Assembly (NCBI GenBank): GCA_048213135.1
Contig: PS015389.1
Coordinates: forward strand, 15,753-79,752
Length of the DNA: 64,000 nt
Source: Reclinomonas americana ATCC 50394
Taxonomy: Eukaryota
Direction of reading: 5' to 3'
In this document: positions 25,056 to 37,300 of the stretch, in pieces
Layout: every line of letters begins with the position of its first letter
Position numbering within the stretch: the first letter of the stretch is position 1
Notes under the pieces: model-generated
The model's database searches: none
Seen by the model: the letters and a program-made list of their open reading frames with translations, nothing else
Told to the model about the DNA's origin: nothing
Program-made: the position numbers and the translations under genes

Positions 25056-25477
25056 GAATTCGGAGAGAGAGCGTCCAGATATTGAAGTACAACAACGTTT
25101 CGTGTTGATGACCAAGTCTGACCATATCCAAAACCTCAACACAAACACCATGCTTGTACATGTGTCCAAACAAGTCGAGACTTGTCATTTGATCGCGATC
25201 GCGAGTGAACCAGTGTCCTCCGTGTATCACAAGGTCGTCGTTTGTTTGTTGAGAGTCAGATCCGTGCTTGCGATGAGCCGTGGTTTCTCTTGCAGAAACG
25301 CCAACTCGACCTTGTTACCTTTTCCGTGATTTCTCAGTTTCTTGCTCACTCAAGTCCGTGATCATCATGCAGCTGTGTTACTGTGGGGATTAGTAAGGTT
25401 GGCGTGCATATCAAGGCAAAAGCTTGGCGATGAGTCGTCTATCGGATTCGTTGGTGTGACGTCAACACTCCTCTTTA

Positions 25478-26606
25478 ATGGCCACGAGGGTGAGCACGCG
25501 TGTTCACTCCTTCGCATCCATCACCCTCTCACCGTGTGCGCGACACAGAACTACAAGTTGCACACCGGGCAAGTGTACTGTGTTGCCGTCTGCCCCGATG
25601 GTCAGTTGGCAGTGAGTGGAGGCGCGGACAAGACCGTGCGTGTGTGGTCACTTCTAAGTGGAGAGACAGCGCGAGTGCTGGAAGGTCACACAGACGAGGT
25701 GCACTCGGTTGCCGTCACTCCCGACGGTCGTCACGTGGTGAGCGGCAGCTATGACATGACGGTGCGAGTGTGGTCACTGGCGAGTGAGAGCAAGTGCGAC
25801 AGCTGGAGGGGCACGCAGGGAAAGTGCGCTCTGTCGCTGTCACTCCCGACGACCAGCACATTGTGAGCGGCGGTTACGACAACACTGTGCGCGTGTGGTC
25901 TCTTGCGAGTGGCGAGGAGGTGCGACGATTCAAGGGACACACTGGCTGGGTGTTCACTGTCGCTGTCGCTCCCGACGGGCGGCACGTGGTGAGTGGGAGC
26001 GAAGACGCCACTGTGCGCGTATGGTCGCTCGAGAGTGGCGAGGAGGTGCGACGGTTGGAGGGACGCGCTGGATGGGTTTTCACTGTCGCCGTCACTCCCG
26101 ATGGCGAGCACGTGGTCATCGGGAATGACTTCGGAGCCGTACGCGTGTGGTCACTCTCTTCCGGCAAAGTGGAGCGCCGGTTGGAGGGACACACCGGCTG
26201 GGTGGCGGCTGCCGCTGTCACCCGCGACGGTCAGCATATCGTCACTGGGAGCGAAGACGCAACTGTGCGCGTGTGGTCGGCGGCAAGCGGGCAAGAAGTG
26301 CGACAACGGTCGGAGGCTGGCATGGTAAAGGCGCTCGCCCTCACCCCCGACAACCAGCACATTGTGTGCGGGATCAACGACGGGATGGTATTTGTGTGGT
26401 CCACGCCACTTGGCATCGCCCACATTGAGGTCGCTGCGGCGCGCCTGGCCATGCAGGCCGTGCAGGAGATGCAGGAGGAGGGTGGAGAGGAGGAGGACGT
26501 AAGGTCGCACTGCCTGCCGGAGATCGTGTTGCGCTGCTTCATTGTCGAGGAGGCCGAGGTGGTGGCGTATCGGTGTCTCGACGACCCATCCTGCATGCTT
26601 TGGTGA
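25478..26606 (+). pseudogene. WD40 family gene W9 (exons 25478-25489 MATR; 25549-26606) with a 1-nt frameshift at ~25786; pseudogene or sequencing error
   Basis: GCG AGT G AG AG CAA where paralogs read GCG AGT GGN GAG; WD40 repeats continue in the shifted frame (ORF 25794-26606) to an intact tail. Confidence 0.75.
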
Positions 26607-26942
26607 TTTTGTCACAGTTGAACAGTGCAATCACGTGCAGGCGCCTGCATTCCTTGTGTACTTCTGCCGGGGTCAGTCCACCGCAGCGTCGACGCACGTT
26701 ACCTGGCGATCGCGAAGAAAGCGGCGGGATGGCAGAAGCGCTAGATGTACATTCTGTCTTGTGCCTTCTCGGTTTCTTGGCTTTGGGATCAGAATAGAAA
26801 GCGCAATCGCGAGTGAACTTGAGACCCCAATGCGCTGTTTGTTTTGAGACTGCAGTATCCCCGAGAGCTCGACGAGAAGAAAGATAAGAGTCCGTCATAT
26901 CATAGTCTATCGGATTGATTCACCGGTGTGACGAAACACACA

Positions 26943-28107
26943 ATGAGGGTGAGCACGTCTTCTTGCTCCTCTCCTTTACATTCTTCTCTCTCACACCGTG
27001 CACGTGACACAGATCTACAAGTGGCACGCCGGGCAGGTCTATTGTGTTGCCGTCACTCCCGATGGCCAGCTCGTTGTGAGCGGAGGTGCGAACAAGACTG
27101 TGCGCGCGTGGTCACTGGCGAGCGGAGGATTGGTGCGAGTAATGGAGGGACACACAGACGAGGTGTACTCTGTCGCCGTCACTCCCGACGGCGATCAAGT
27201 GGTGAGCGGAAGCAATGACAGGACGGTGCGGGTGTGGTCCCTCGCCAGGGGCGAGGAGGTGCGACGGCTGGAGGGACACGCAGGGAGAGTACGCTCCGTC
27301 GCTGTCACTCCCGACGGGCAGCACATTGTGAGCGGCAGTTACGACAACACAGTGCGCGTGTGGTCCCTCGCCAGTGGCGAGGAAGTGCGACGTCTGCAGG
27401 GGCACACTCGATGGGTGCGATCTGTCGCTGTCACTCCCGACGGGCGACATGTGGTGAGCGGGGGCGAAGACGCCACTGTGCGTGTGTGGTCGCTCGAGAA
27501 TGGCGAGGAGGTGCGACGGTTGGAGGGACGCACTGGATGGGTGATGTGTATCGCCGTCACTCCCGACGGTCAGCACGTTGTCGTCGGGAATGAGGACGCA
27601 TCCGTACAAGTGTGGTCGCTGTCTTCTGGCAAAGTGGTGCGACGGCTGGAGGGACACACCGCATGGGTGGCGTCAGTTGCTGTCACCCGCGACGGTCAGC
27701 ACATTGTCAGTGGGGGCAGTATATTTAGAGACAGGACCGTGCGAGTGTGGGCACTGTCGAGCGGCAAGCAGGTGCGGCAGTTGGAGGCTACCTTGGTGAA
27801 TTGTGTCGCCATCTCTCCCGACGGGCAGCGCATTGTCAGTGGCTGCGGCGGGCTCGGGGACAACCTCATGCGAGTGTGGTCCACACCGCTTGGTCTCGCT
27901 CAGTCGGAGCTCCAGTGCGCGCGCTCGGCCATGCAGGCCGTGCAGGAGATGCAGGAGGGGGAGGGAAAGGGGGAGGGAGTGGGGGAGGAGGAGGAGGAGC
28001 AAGATCCGCGATGTTTGTTGGAGATTGTGTTGCGCTGCTTCATGGTGGAGGAGGCCGAGGTGGTGGTACATCGGTGCTTCGACGACCCATCTAACCTACT
28101 TTGGTGA
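26943..28107 (+). CDS. WD40 family gene W10 (exons 26943-26948 MR; 27013-28107)
   Basis: 7 WD40 repeats; closest to W9 (YK.H.GQVYCVAV first repeat); tail RCLLEIVLRCFMVEEAEV. Confidence 0.88.
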
Positions 28108-28234
28108 GGGGCGGCATCGTTGCAGGACTCGTTCATTTGTCGCGTGCCTTTCTCGAGTGTTTTGTGGCCGTTCTTCTTTCCCGGTTCTCAATACTTCGCC
28201 TCTCAACTCTTTCCCTTGCGTGCGTGAACGGCGT

Positions 28235-28695
28235 GTGAGTGTATGTGATGGCAAGAGAGCCTGTTCTTGTTTCCCGGATGTATTCTTGGTTCTCATTGCC
28301 AACCTCTTTTCCTTTTTTTTTCTGTCGGCAGAACGAAGGCGTCCGTATATCACGAAGAAGCATGGTGCACTCGGGGCGAGAGAACCTGTTCTTGTTTCCC
28401 GTTTGTTGTCAACTTTTTGCCTGCCAAACCCTCTCTTGTTTGTTGTCGGCAGAATAGTGGCGTGTGAGTGTATGTGCTCAACTCTGTTGCTCGTGCACAT
28501 GGCAAGAGAGTCTGTTCTTGTTTCCCGGATGTATTCTTGGCTCTCAGTGCCAACCTCTTTCCCTTGTATTCTGTCGGCAGATCCGTATATCTTGAGCACT
28601 CGGGGCGAGAGAACCTGTTCTTGTTTACCGTTGGTTGTCAACTTTTTGCCTGCCAAACCCTCTCTTGTTTTGTCGGCAGAATAGTGGCGTGTGTA
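28235..28695. repeat. Intergenic tandem duplication (~2 x 230-250 bp, each made of two related subunits)
   Basis: atggcaagagag.ctgttcttgtttcccggatgtattcttgg twice; gcactcggggcgagagaacctgttcttgttt twice; tgtcggcaga four times. Confidence 0.85.
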
Positions 28696-29061
28696 TGCGT
28701 AAACCGCGTTGAAGTATGTTTGTGTGCAGTTCAGACAACGTACGTTAAATTAACAGTGCAACCACCGACATCGAATACCTCTTCATGATACCCAGCTGGT
28801 GTGCTTTTGTTGCCCTTTGCATGCCTTGTGGCGTCTGGCAGGATCAGCGTCGATGCACATAGCCTGGCGAAGAAAGCGGCACGGGTGGCGGAAGCTGTCA
28901 CTTGGCAGAAACCACTGTCAGTTTCGCCCACAAAATTCGTTCTCCTATTATCGTCTCATTGCCCAACGCGCGAGAGGATACACAAGATCGTGGTGTACTG
29001 CGCGGGAAAGAGGGCCGGCAAAATTCCGAAACTTACCGACTCTCTCTCTCACTCATTCACA

Positions 29062-30233
29062 ATGACGACCAAGGTGTGCTCGTCACTCGCCGCTTCCCAT
29101 GCCCCACACGCCCCTCTCATCCTCCCCCCTTGACCTCACAGATCTTCAAAGGACACACCAACGAGGTGAAGGCTGTCGCCATCACTCCCGACGGCCTCCA
29201 CCTGGTGAGTGGTGGCGCAGACCTCACTGTGCGCGTGTGGTCTCTGGCAAGTGGCAAACAAGTGCGACGATTCGAGGGACATACTACTGGCGTGCAGTCA
29301 GTGGCCGTCACCCCCGACAGTGCGCACGTGGTCAGTGGAGCGCGTGATGGATCAGTGCGCGTGTGGTCGCTGGCGAGTGACGCGGGCGAGGAAGAAGTGC
29401 GCCGGTTCGCCAACCTCTCCAACTTTGAGTTCTGCGTCGCTGTCACGCCCGACGGCCGACACATTGTCAGTGGAGGAGCGCATGGCTTCATTCACGTGCT
29501 GTCGCTCGACAGTGGCGAGGTGGTGCGACGGTTGGAGGGACACATGAATGTGGTGTACGCTGTCGGTGTCACTCCCGACAGTCAGCGCATTGTCAGTGGA
29601 GGTCGCGATACGACGGTGCGTGTGTGGTCGCTGGCGAGTGGAGAGCAACTACTTCGCATGGAGGGGCACGCGGATGCGGTGTTCTCTCTGGCGGTCACCG
29701 CCGACGGGCAGCACGTGGTGTCGGCGAGCAACGACGCCACGGTGCGAGTGTGGTCGCTGGCGAGTGGGACGGAGGTGCGACGGTTGCAGGGGCGCCACGG
29801 TGGTGTGTATGCGGTCGCCGTCACTCCCGACAGTCGGCACGTGGTGTTTGGTGGCGCCGACTGCACGGTGCGCGTGTATTCGCTGCTGGCGGAGGGTGGC
29901 GATGAGGTGAGGGAGGTGGGGCGACAAGAAGGGTTCGTGTCGTCACTCGCGGTAATGCCCGACGGCGAGCACGTGGTGAGCGGGAGTACCGATGCGGCGG
30001 TGCGGGTGTGGATCTCGCCGCATGGACTCGCGCGGCTGGAGCTCAGGTGTGCGCGTGCGGCGATGGAGGTGGTGCAGGGGATGCTGCGGGAGGGTGGTGA
30101 GAGAGAGGTAGAGGGAGACGGAGAGGGAGAGTTGCGGTGCCTGCCGGAGATGGTGCTGCGGTGTTTTATTGTGGAGGATGCGGAGGTGGTGGTGTATCGG
30201 TGGATGGAGGAGCCGGCGGGGATGTTTTGGTGA
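29062..30233 (+). CDS. WD40 family gene W11 (exons 29062-29073 MTTK; 29142-30233)
   Basis: 7 WD40 repeats, conserved tail. Confidence 0.9.
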
Positions 30234-30542
30234 GGGGTGTGACGAGGGTCTCTCTTTCTCTCTCGTACTCTGTCTGTTTGTCTGTCTGTCGTCGCCTCGT
30301 GTTTTGAACTGTCGTCCAACTGTGGGTTTACATCCCTTGTCGGCAACGCATTCCCCACCTTTGGTCTTCTGTCTTTTTTAGTCAACCACGTATTCCCCTT
30401 GCTTCTGCTGCATCGCGTGTTCTAAGGAGTAAGTAAATAGCCACGCACGTTTACGTTGCTTTCTTCCGTCCGCAATGGAGTCTGCAGGGAGGGGAATTCG
30501 CATCTCCTCCTTTACTCTCTCTCTCTCTCTCTCTCTCTCTCT

Positions 30543-31484
30543 NNNNNNNNNNNNNNNNNNNNNNNNNNNNNNNNNNNNNNNNNNNNNNNNNNNNNNNNNN
30601 NNNNNNNNNNNNNNNNNNNNNNNNNNNNNNNNNNNNNNNNNNNNNNNNNNNNNNNNNNNNNNNNNNNNNNNNNNNNNNNNNNNNNNNNNNNNNNNNNNNN
30701 NNNNNNNNNNNNNNNNNNNNNNNNNNNNNNNNNNNNNNNNNNNNNNNNNNNNNNNNNNNNNNNNNNNNNNNNNNNNNNNNNNNNNNNNNNNNNNNNNNNN
30801 NNNNNNNNNNNNNNNNNNNNNNNNNNNNNNNNNNNNNNNNNNNNNNNNNNNNNNNNNNNNNNNNNNNNNNNNNNNNNNNNNNNNNNNNNNNNNNNNNNNN
30901 NNNNNNNNNNNNNNNNNNNNNNNNNNNNNNNNNNNNNNNNNNNNNNNNNNNNNNNNNNNNNNNNNNNNNNNNNNNNNNNNNNNNNNNNNNNNNNNNNNNN
31001 NNNNNNNNNNNNNNNNNNNNNNNNNNNNNNNNNNNNNNNNNNNNNNNNNNNNNNNNNNNNNNNNNNNNNNNNNNNNNNNNNNNNNNNNNNNNNNNNNNNN
31101 NNNNNNNNNNNNNNNNNNNNNNNNNNNNNNNNNNNNNNNNNNNNNNNNNNNNNNNNNNNNNNNNNNNNNNNNNNNNNNNNNNNNNNNNNNNNNNNNNNNN
31201 NNNNNNNNNNNNNNNNNNNNNNNNNNNNNNNNNNNNNNNNNNNNNNNNNNNNNNNNNNNNNNNNNNNNNNNNNNNNNNNNNNNNNNNNNNNNNNNNNNNN
31301 NNNNNNNNNNNNNNNNNNNNNNNNNNNNNNNNNNNNNNNNNNNNNNNNNNNNNNNNNNNNNNNNNNNNNNNNNNNNNNNNNNNNNNNNNNNNNNNNNNNN
31401 NNNNNNNNNNNNNNNNNNNNNNNNNNNNNNNNNNNNNNNNNNNNNNNNNNNNNNNNNNNNNNNNNNNNNNNNNNNNNNNNNNNN
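30543..31484. other. Assembly gap (other gaps: 36286-36995, 46202-46781, 51301-51453, 54864-55394)
   Basis: N runs flanked by (CT)n/(AG)n microsatellites. Confidence 1.
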
Positions 31485-31611
31485 CTCTCTCTCTCCTGTC
31501 TCCCACCATTGTGCGCTTTGTGCCCAAACCTGTCCTGTCACACCCACCGCGTCTGGTTGGCAGATTTTCATTGGGTGTATTTTTGAACTTTTTTGACTGC
31601 GAGAACAAGCC

Positions 31612-33662
31612 ATGATCGGTTGCGTCTTCGTGATCGAGTGAGAGACTGTCATTCAGCTCACTTGTTCACGCGCGCAGGCTCAGTCGCTCACGGCGCTGCC
31701 AACGACGCCGCGCCCCCTGCCATTTCTTCACCACCATCGCCGATTCGCAAAGACAAGCCGCTATTGCTCCGGGAGGCCTCGCGTCATGCTCACCAGCGAG
31801 AGCAGCAGTCAACGACCTCGTCACTGGTGTGTCTGTGTGTGTCTTGAGTGTTTCTGTGCGTGTTCGTTCGTGGTGCTTCTTTGGGGGGAGTCTATTTTTT
31901 GCTCATGTGTCTCACAGGGGTCATCGGAAAATTCTTCGACATCGGTGGACCCCGTGCGCGACATGCAAGGTAAATGAAAACGCGTTGGTGAGGGATGAGA
32001 CCTCGGAGTGGGCTCAAACTCTGGCTGTGAAGGTCCAAGGCCTCGTGCTGTCGAGGTTCCTGCGAACGGGCTTGTCTCGTTGAATATCGACCCTCGTCCA
32101 TCGATGTATCCAGCTCGCCTACTCTCTGCTGAAGACAATGTGCTGGCACGTGACCCAGCCGTCCTCTTAAGCCACCCCAGCGCCTCCTCATTGCCGTCAG
32201 CCGGCACCTCATCTCCGCTACTCACGTCCACTACTCCAGCGGCTGATCCTACATTTCCGAGTCTCCCGTCTGTTCCATCAGCTTCGGTTGTGCGGCAACC
32301 GCGGGGGCACGAGGAACCAGAACAGGCAAGCACCCGTCTTGCGCACCTGACACTGCTTCGCTGGCGTGCTCACACGCATCTGCAGGATGGAGAGGTGGGC
32401 GCTATCACCGCGACAAGCATTCCGAGTCTCCGACCTGCGCCATCAGCAGCAGCTTCGGTCGTCCGGCTACCGCAAGATGATGATCCATATCGGGAGCATG
32501 AGGAACCAGAACAGGCAAGTACCCTGCATGCGCGCGTCTGATACAGCTTCGTTGGTGTGCTCACGAGTGGCTACAGGGAGACGAAGTGGGCGTTATCACC
32601 TCTGCGTGCATATTCAGCGGGCACACTAAGGAGGTGCTGTCAGTTGCCGTCACTCCCGACGGTCAACACATCGTGACTGGAAGCGATGATTGGACGATAC
32701 GAATATGGTCTCTGGCGACTGGAGCGGAATTGCGACGACTTTTAGGGCACATGCACACAGTGCAGTCGGTCACTCTCACTGCAGACGGGCAACTGGTGGT
32801 CAGTGGAAGCAATGATAAGACAGTGCGTGTCTGGACGTTGTCGAGTGGCGCCGAGGTGCGACGGTTCATGGGGCACTCTGGCATCGTTTTCTGTGTCGCG
32901 GTCACTCCTGGCGGTTGGTACATAGTGAGTGGGAGTGAGGATGGGACGATTCGAGTGTGGTCGCTTGCGAGTGGCCGACAAGTACGACGGCTCGAGGGAC
33001 ACATCGGTGCGGTGCATTCCATCGCCCTCACTGGCAACGGTCGATATGTTGTCAGTGGCGGCGCGGACAGCACAGTTCGGGGGTGGTCACTGGCCAATGG
33101 AGCGGAGGTGTTACTGTTGAAGGGGCATAGCAACAAGGTGTATTCAGTTGCCATCTCTCCCGACGGTCAGCACATTGTCAGCGGAAGCGCGGACTACACG
33201 GTGCGCTTGTGGTCACTGGCGAGTGGAGAGGAGGTGCGACGGTTTGAGGGACACTTTGAGGAGGTGATGTCTGTCGCCGTCACGCCAGATAGTCAATACG
33301 TTGTCAGCTGCAGTTATGATATGACGGTGCGAGTGTGGTCCCTGGCAAACGGACAGGAAGTGCGACGTTTGGAGGGACACACTGACGCAGTGATGACTGC
33401 CGTTGTAACACCCGACGGCGACAGCATCGTGAGTGGCAGCTGCGACAAGAAAGTTCGAGTGTGGCAAACGCCCCTTGACTTCGCACTCGAAGAGCACAGC
33501 AGCGCATATTCAGCCATGCAGGCTGTGCAGGAGATGCTGGAAGGCGGCGAAGAGCCGAGTGTGAGCTGCCTACCGGAGATTGTGTTGCGGTGCTTCATGG
33601 TTCCGGATGCGGATGCCGTTATCAATCAGCGTCTCGACGATCCGTATGAACTGTTTCGATAG
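31612..33662 (+). CDS. WD40 family gene W12 with a S/P-rich N-terminal extension (~6 exons; last exon 32577-33662)
   Basis: 7 WD40 repeats plus tail SCLPEIVLRCFMVPDADAV. Upstream exons join in frame from ATG 31612 through GT-AG introns and two GC-AG introns (32326-32385, 32515-32576). The 5' model is less certain. Confidence 0.8.
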
Positions 33663-34067
33663 GATGAGGGCGACTCATCAGCCTTGTCATTTCTTGTAGC
33701 AGTGTCTGTTGAAGAAACTCGTCGTGGGTCCGGCCACCCTCGCTAATTGCGTTCTTCCTGTTGTGTGTAGTTTATATTTGTGTCTCGCTATAGTTATTAG
33801 CTCGCTGCCTGTCATTCTCATCTGTGTTCACTCCAGCGTTAATGTTTTTCTAGATCTGTAAATTGCACGTGTCTGTGCTTGTACCCTAGTGTAACTAATG
33901 TACCATACCTGTACTTTCGTAACCAGAGGCCCTTGTTGTGAGAGACAGGTTCATTGCACTCACGACGTCGCAATCGGCACAAACACAGCGTCCGAACAGA
34001 GTCAATGGCGCAGTTGTGCCAACCAGGCAACAGAGCAGCATTCAGACACGGTATAATTATAAGCATC

Positions 34068-34150
34068 ATTGTTGGTGTGCCAATGGTCATCGTCGGCAAG
34101 GGATTTGTGGATATTTTCGCATTATTGGAATGTGGTGAATGAAGTGTTTT
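34068..34150 (+). repeat. Dispersed non-coding element, copy 4, upstream of the SMP-domain gene
   Basis: ttgttggtgtgccaa.ggtcat.gtcggcaagggatttgtgga...ttggaatgtggtgaatgaagtgtt. Confidence 0.85.
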
Positions 34151-34361
34151 GTTGTTTTGTTGTTTTCAAACAGCCGACAGCAATGGCTCGAGCGACGTCG
34201 ACGTCGCAAATCACAAATCACAGCCTCCTCTCTCTTTACACGTCCAATCCCCAAAGCCCGCCACCTCACACTCACACTTCCCCCCACACCCACATGAGAC
34301 AACAAACCCCATGCACACGCACAGGACACGCACGACGTTCCTCCATCTCACTCACTCCGCA

Positions 34362-37300
34362 ATGCGACGCGGCGAGTTGCTTGTGGCTCGCCTGCGCGCG
34401 GCCACCGAGTACTGGCTGCCCACAGTCTGGCGCTGGACCGCAGACCACCCCATGCCCTGGTTCTCATTGGGGTCATACATGCTCGGCACCTCGGTAAAGA
34501 CACTCACCCTCACACTCTCACACACACTCACTCTCTCACTCTCTCTCAGCACTTTAGCATCGCCTGGGTGTTCCTCTCTCTCGTGGCCCACTACACCCTC
34601 TCCAGTCGCATTCGCGCCTTCATTCTCTTGCTCTTTGACTCGGCATCGACATCGACCGCCTCGATCCATCATCGATCATCGCCGGCATCGTCCGCCTTCC
34701 CCGCCACCGGGTCGACATCGACCGTAGTCGCGCCACTCGTCAGCCTCGATGCGGTCAGTCGCCTTTACACAATCGCCAACAAGCAAACTATTGTCTGATC
34801 GTGCGATTGCGATCTTCAGTCGACTCGTGCGGGCGCGTTTCGTCGACCTCCGTTGCATCAACGTCGTCCATCGCCTGTGCTCAATGCTGCACCTCTTCCT
34901 CCGCCTCCGCCTCCTCCTCCTCCACCTGCGGCCCTGTATCGCTCATCGTTCTCGTCGTCGAGGAGGGGCGATGAGGACGATGACTCGTCGTCGGTCACCG
35001 GCACCAGTGTGCACAGTGTGGACTCGCGATCGTCGCGCTCGGGGCCTGTACGCGCACCACCGGCGTTGGATCGATTCGATGCCGTGTTTGGCGACGATTT
35101 GCACAGCGAGTGTGCGCTGCTCAACGCCATTCTCCTCGGCTACTTTATCCAGCTGAAGCGCAGCTCGATTCCGCAGTGGCTCAAGAGCAGTCTCAATCAG
35201 CATTTGTATGGGGTGTTTTATAATTTGCCGACCCTGGTGCGGTTGTTGGCGGGGCAGGTGAAGTAAGGGGAAGGGTGATACAAGGGGAAGGGAGGGAGGG
35301 AGGGGGAGAGGGAAGAGAAGAGGGAGGAGAGAGGGAGTAAGGAGGGAGGGATGGTGAAAGAGAGAGGAGTGGGGGTTGTGGATTTGTCTTGAGAAGAGAA
35401 GAAAGAGGGGTACGCAAGGTGAGAAGAACATGGTGGTGGACGAGTGAAGTGAGATTTGAGGGAGAGAAGGGACACTGTGCTGCAAAGATATTTCTTGAGA
35501 CTCGAGAGACTCGGAGAGGGGGGAGAGAGAGTGGAAGTCTGAAGTGGAATTGGGATGTATCTTTGTGAGACGAGGTGGTGATGAGAGAGAGACAGAGGAG
35601 TGTGTGATTTGCTCTGCGAGGTGTTGTGGATCGGCAAGAAAAGAGATGATGGATGACGAGAAGCACAGACAGTTGGAGAGTAACAGAGAGATAGGGGAAG
35701 AGGGAGCTTGGGTGAGAGAAATATGATGGGGAGAGAAAGATCGCAGCGCTTGAGAGAGAGTGTGTGTGTGTGTGTGAGGTTTGCGAGAAGGAGACACTCT
35801 TCTTATTGTAGTTGAGGAAGTTGTGTTGCAACCCTTGCTTTGTGAGACTCGAGTGTGAGTCAAGCATTGAGGATTATAAGAGAGGTCTTTCGTAGTTCAG
35901 TGTTCGACTCACTCACCTTCTTCGTTGCAGGAGGGCATGGTGATTGAGGAGGTCAACTTTGGTGACTCGCCGCCCGTGGTGCAAGAGGTTTCCGTGTTCT
36001 CCCAGACCGCCGCCTTGCTGGTTTCGTTTCTTGCCTCTGTTTCACTGTCTCGTGCACACGCAATCTCTTCTCACGATGGTGCAGGTCGTCGACTGCACGA
36101 TATTGTACTCGTTTGCCGGCTGCTCGCTCACCGCCTCGGTGCACGCCCTCAGCGAGTACCGCATCCCGATTAGAGTAGAGGGCCTGCAGTTTGCCGGCAA
36201 GGTGGGTTATCGTGCTGAAGGAGTAACGGGCGCAGTAGAGTCTCTCTCCTCTCCTCTCTCCCTCTCTCTCTCCCTCCCTCTCTCTNNNNNNNNNNNNNNN
36301 NNNNNNNNNNNNNNNNNNNNNNNNNNNNNNNNNNNNNNNNNNNNNNNNNNNNNNNNNNNNNNNNNNNNNNNNNNNNNNNNNNNNNNNNNNNNNNNNNNNN
36401 NNNNNNNNNNNNNNNNNNNNNNNNNNNNNNNNNNNNNNNNNNNNNNNNNNNNNNNNNNNNNNNNNNNNNNNNNNNNNNNNNNNNNNNNNNNNNNNNNNNN
36501 NNNNNNNNNNNNNNNNNNNNNNNNNNNNNNNNNNNNNNNNNNNNNNNNNNNNNNNNNNNNNNNNNNNNNNNNNNNNNNNNNNNNNNNNNNNNNNNNNNNN
36601 NNNNNNNNNNNNNNNNNNNNNNNNNNNNNNNNNNNNNNNNNNNNNNNNNNNNNNNNNNNNNNNNNNNNNNNNNNNNNNNNNNNNNNNNNNNNNNNNNNNN
36701 NNNNNNNNNNNNNNNNNNNNNNNNNNNNNNNNNNNNNNNNNNNNNNNNNNNNNNNNNNNNNNNNNNNNNNNNNNNNNNNNNNNNNNNNNNNNNNNNNNNN
36801 NNNNNNNNNNNNNNNNNNNNNNNNNNNNNNNNNNNNNNNNNNNNNNNNNNNNNNNNNNNNNNNNNNNNNNNNNNNNNNNNNNNNNNNNNNNNNNNNNNNN
36901 NNNNNNNNNNNNNNNNNNNNNNNNNNNNNNNNNNNNNNNNNNNNNNNNNNNNNNNNNNNNNNNNNNNNNNNNNNNNNNNNNNNNNNNNNNNNNNNCTCCT
37001 CCTCCTCCTCCTCCTCCGTCCGTCCGTCCGTCCGTCCGTCCGTCCGTCCGTCCGTCCGTCCTCCGTCTCCGTCTCCGTCCTCCTCTCCGTCTCCTCCTCC
37101 TCTCCTCCTCCTCCTCCTCCTCCTCCTCCTCCTCCTCCTCCACTCTCCCTCTCCCTCTCCCTCTCCCTCTCCCTCTCCCTCTCCCTCTTCCCTCTCCCTC
37201 TCCCTCTCCGTCCCCCTCTCACCCCCTTTCCCTCTCTGCAGGTCCGCTTCGAATTCCACTTCTGCGCCCGCACGCCGTTCATCCGCAAGCTCACGCTCAG

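Noticed and set aside
30378-31652. Long ORFs spanning N runs (also at 36, 46, 51 and 55 kb)
   Set aside because: Artefacts of assembly gaps
10687-33662. Diversity-generating retroelement or NACHT-type NLR explanation for WD40 variability
   Set aside because: No reverse transcriptase, template-repeat pair, or P-loop NACHT/NB-ARC domain seen in the window
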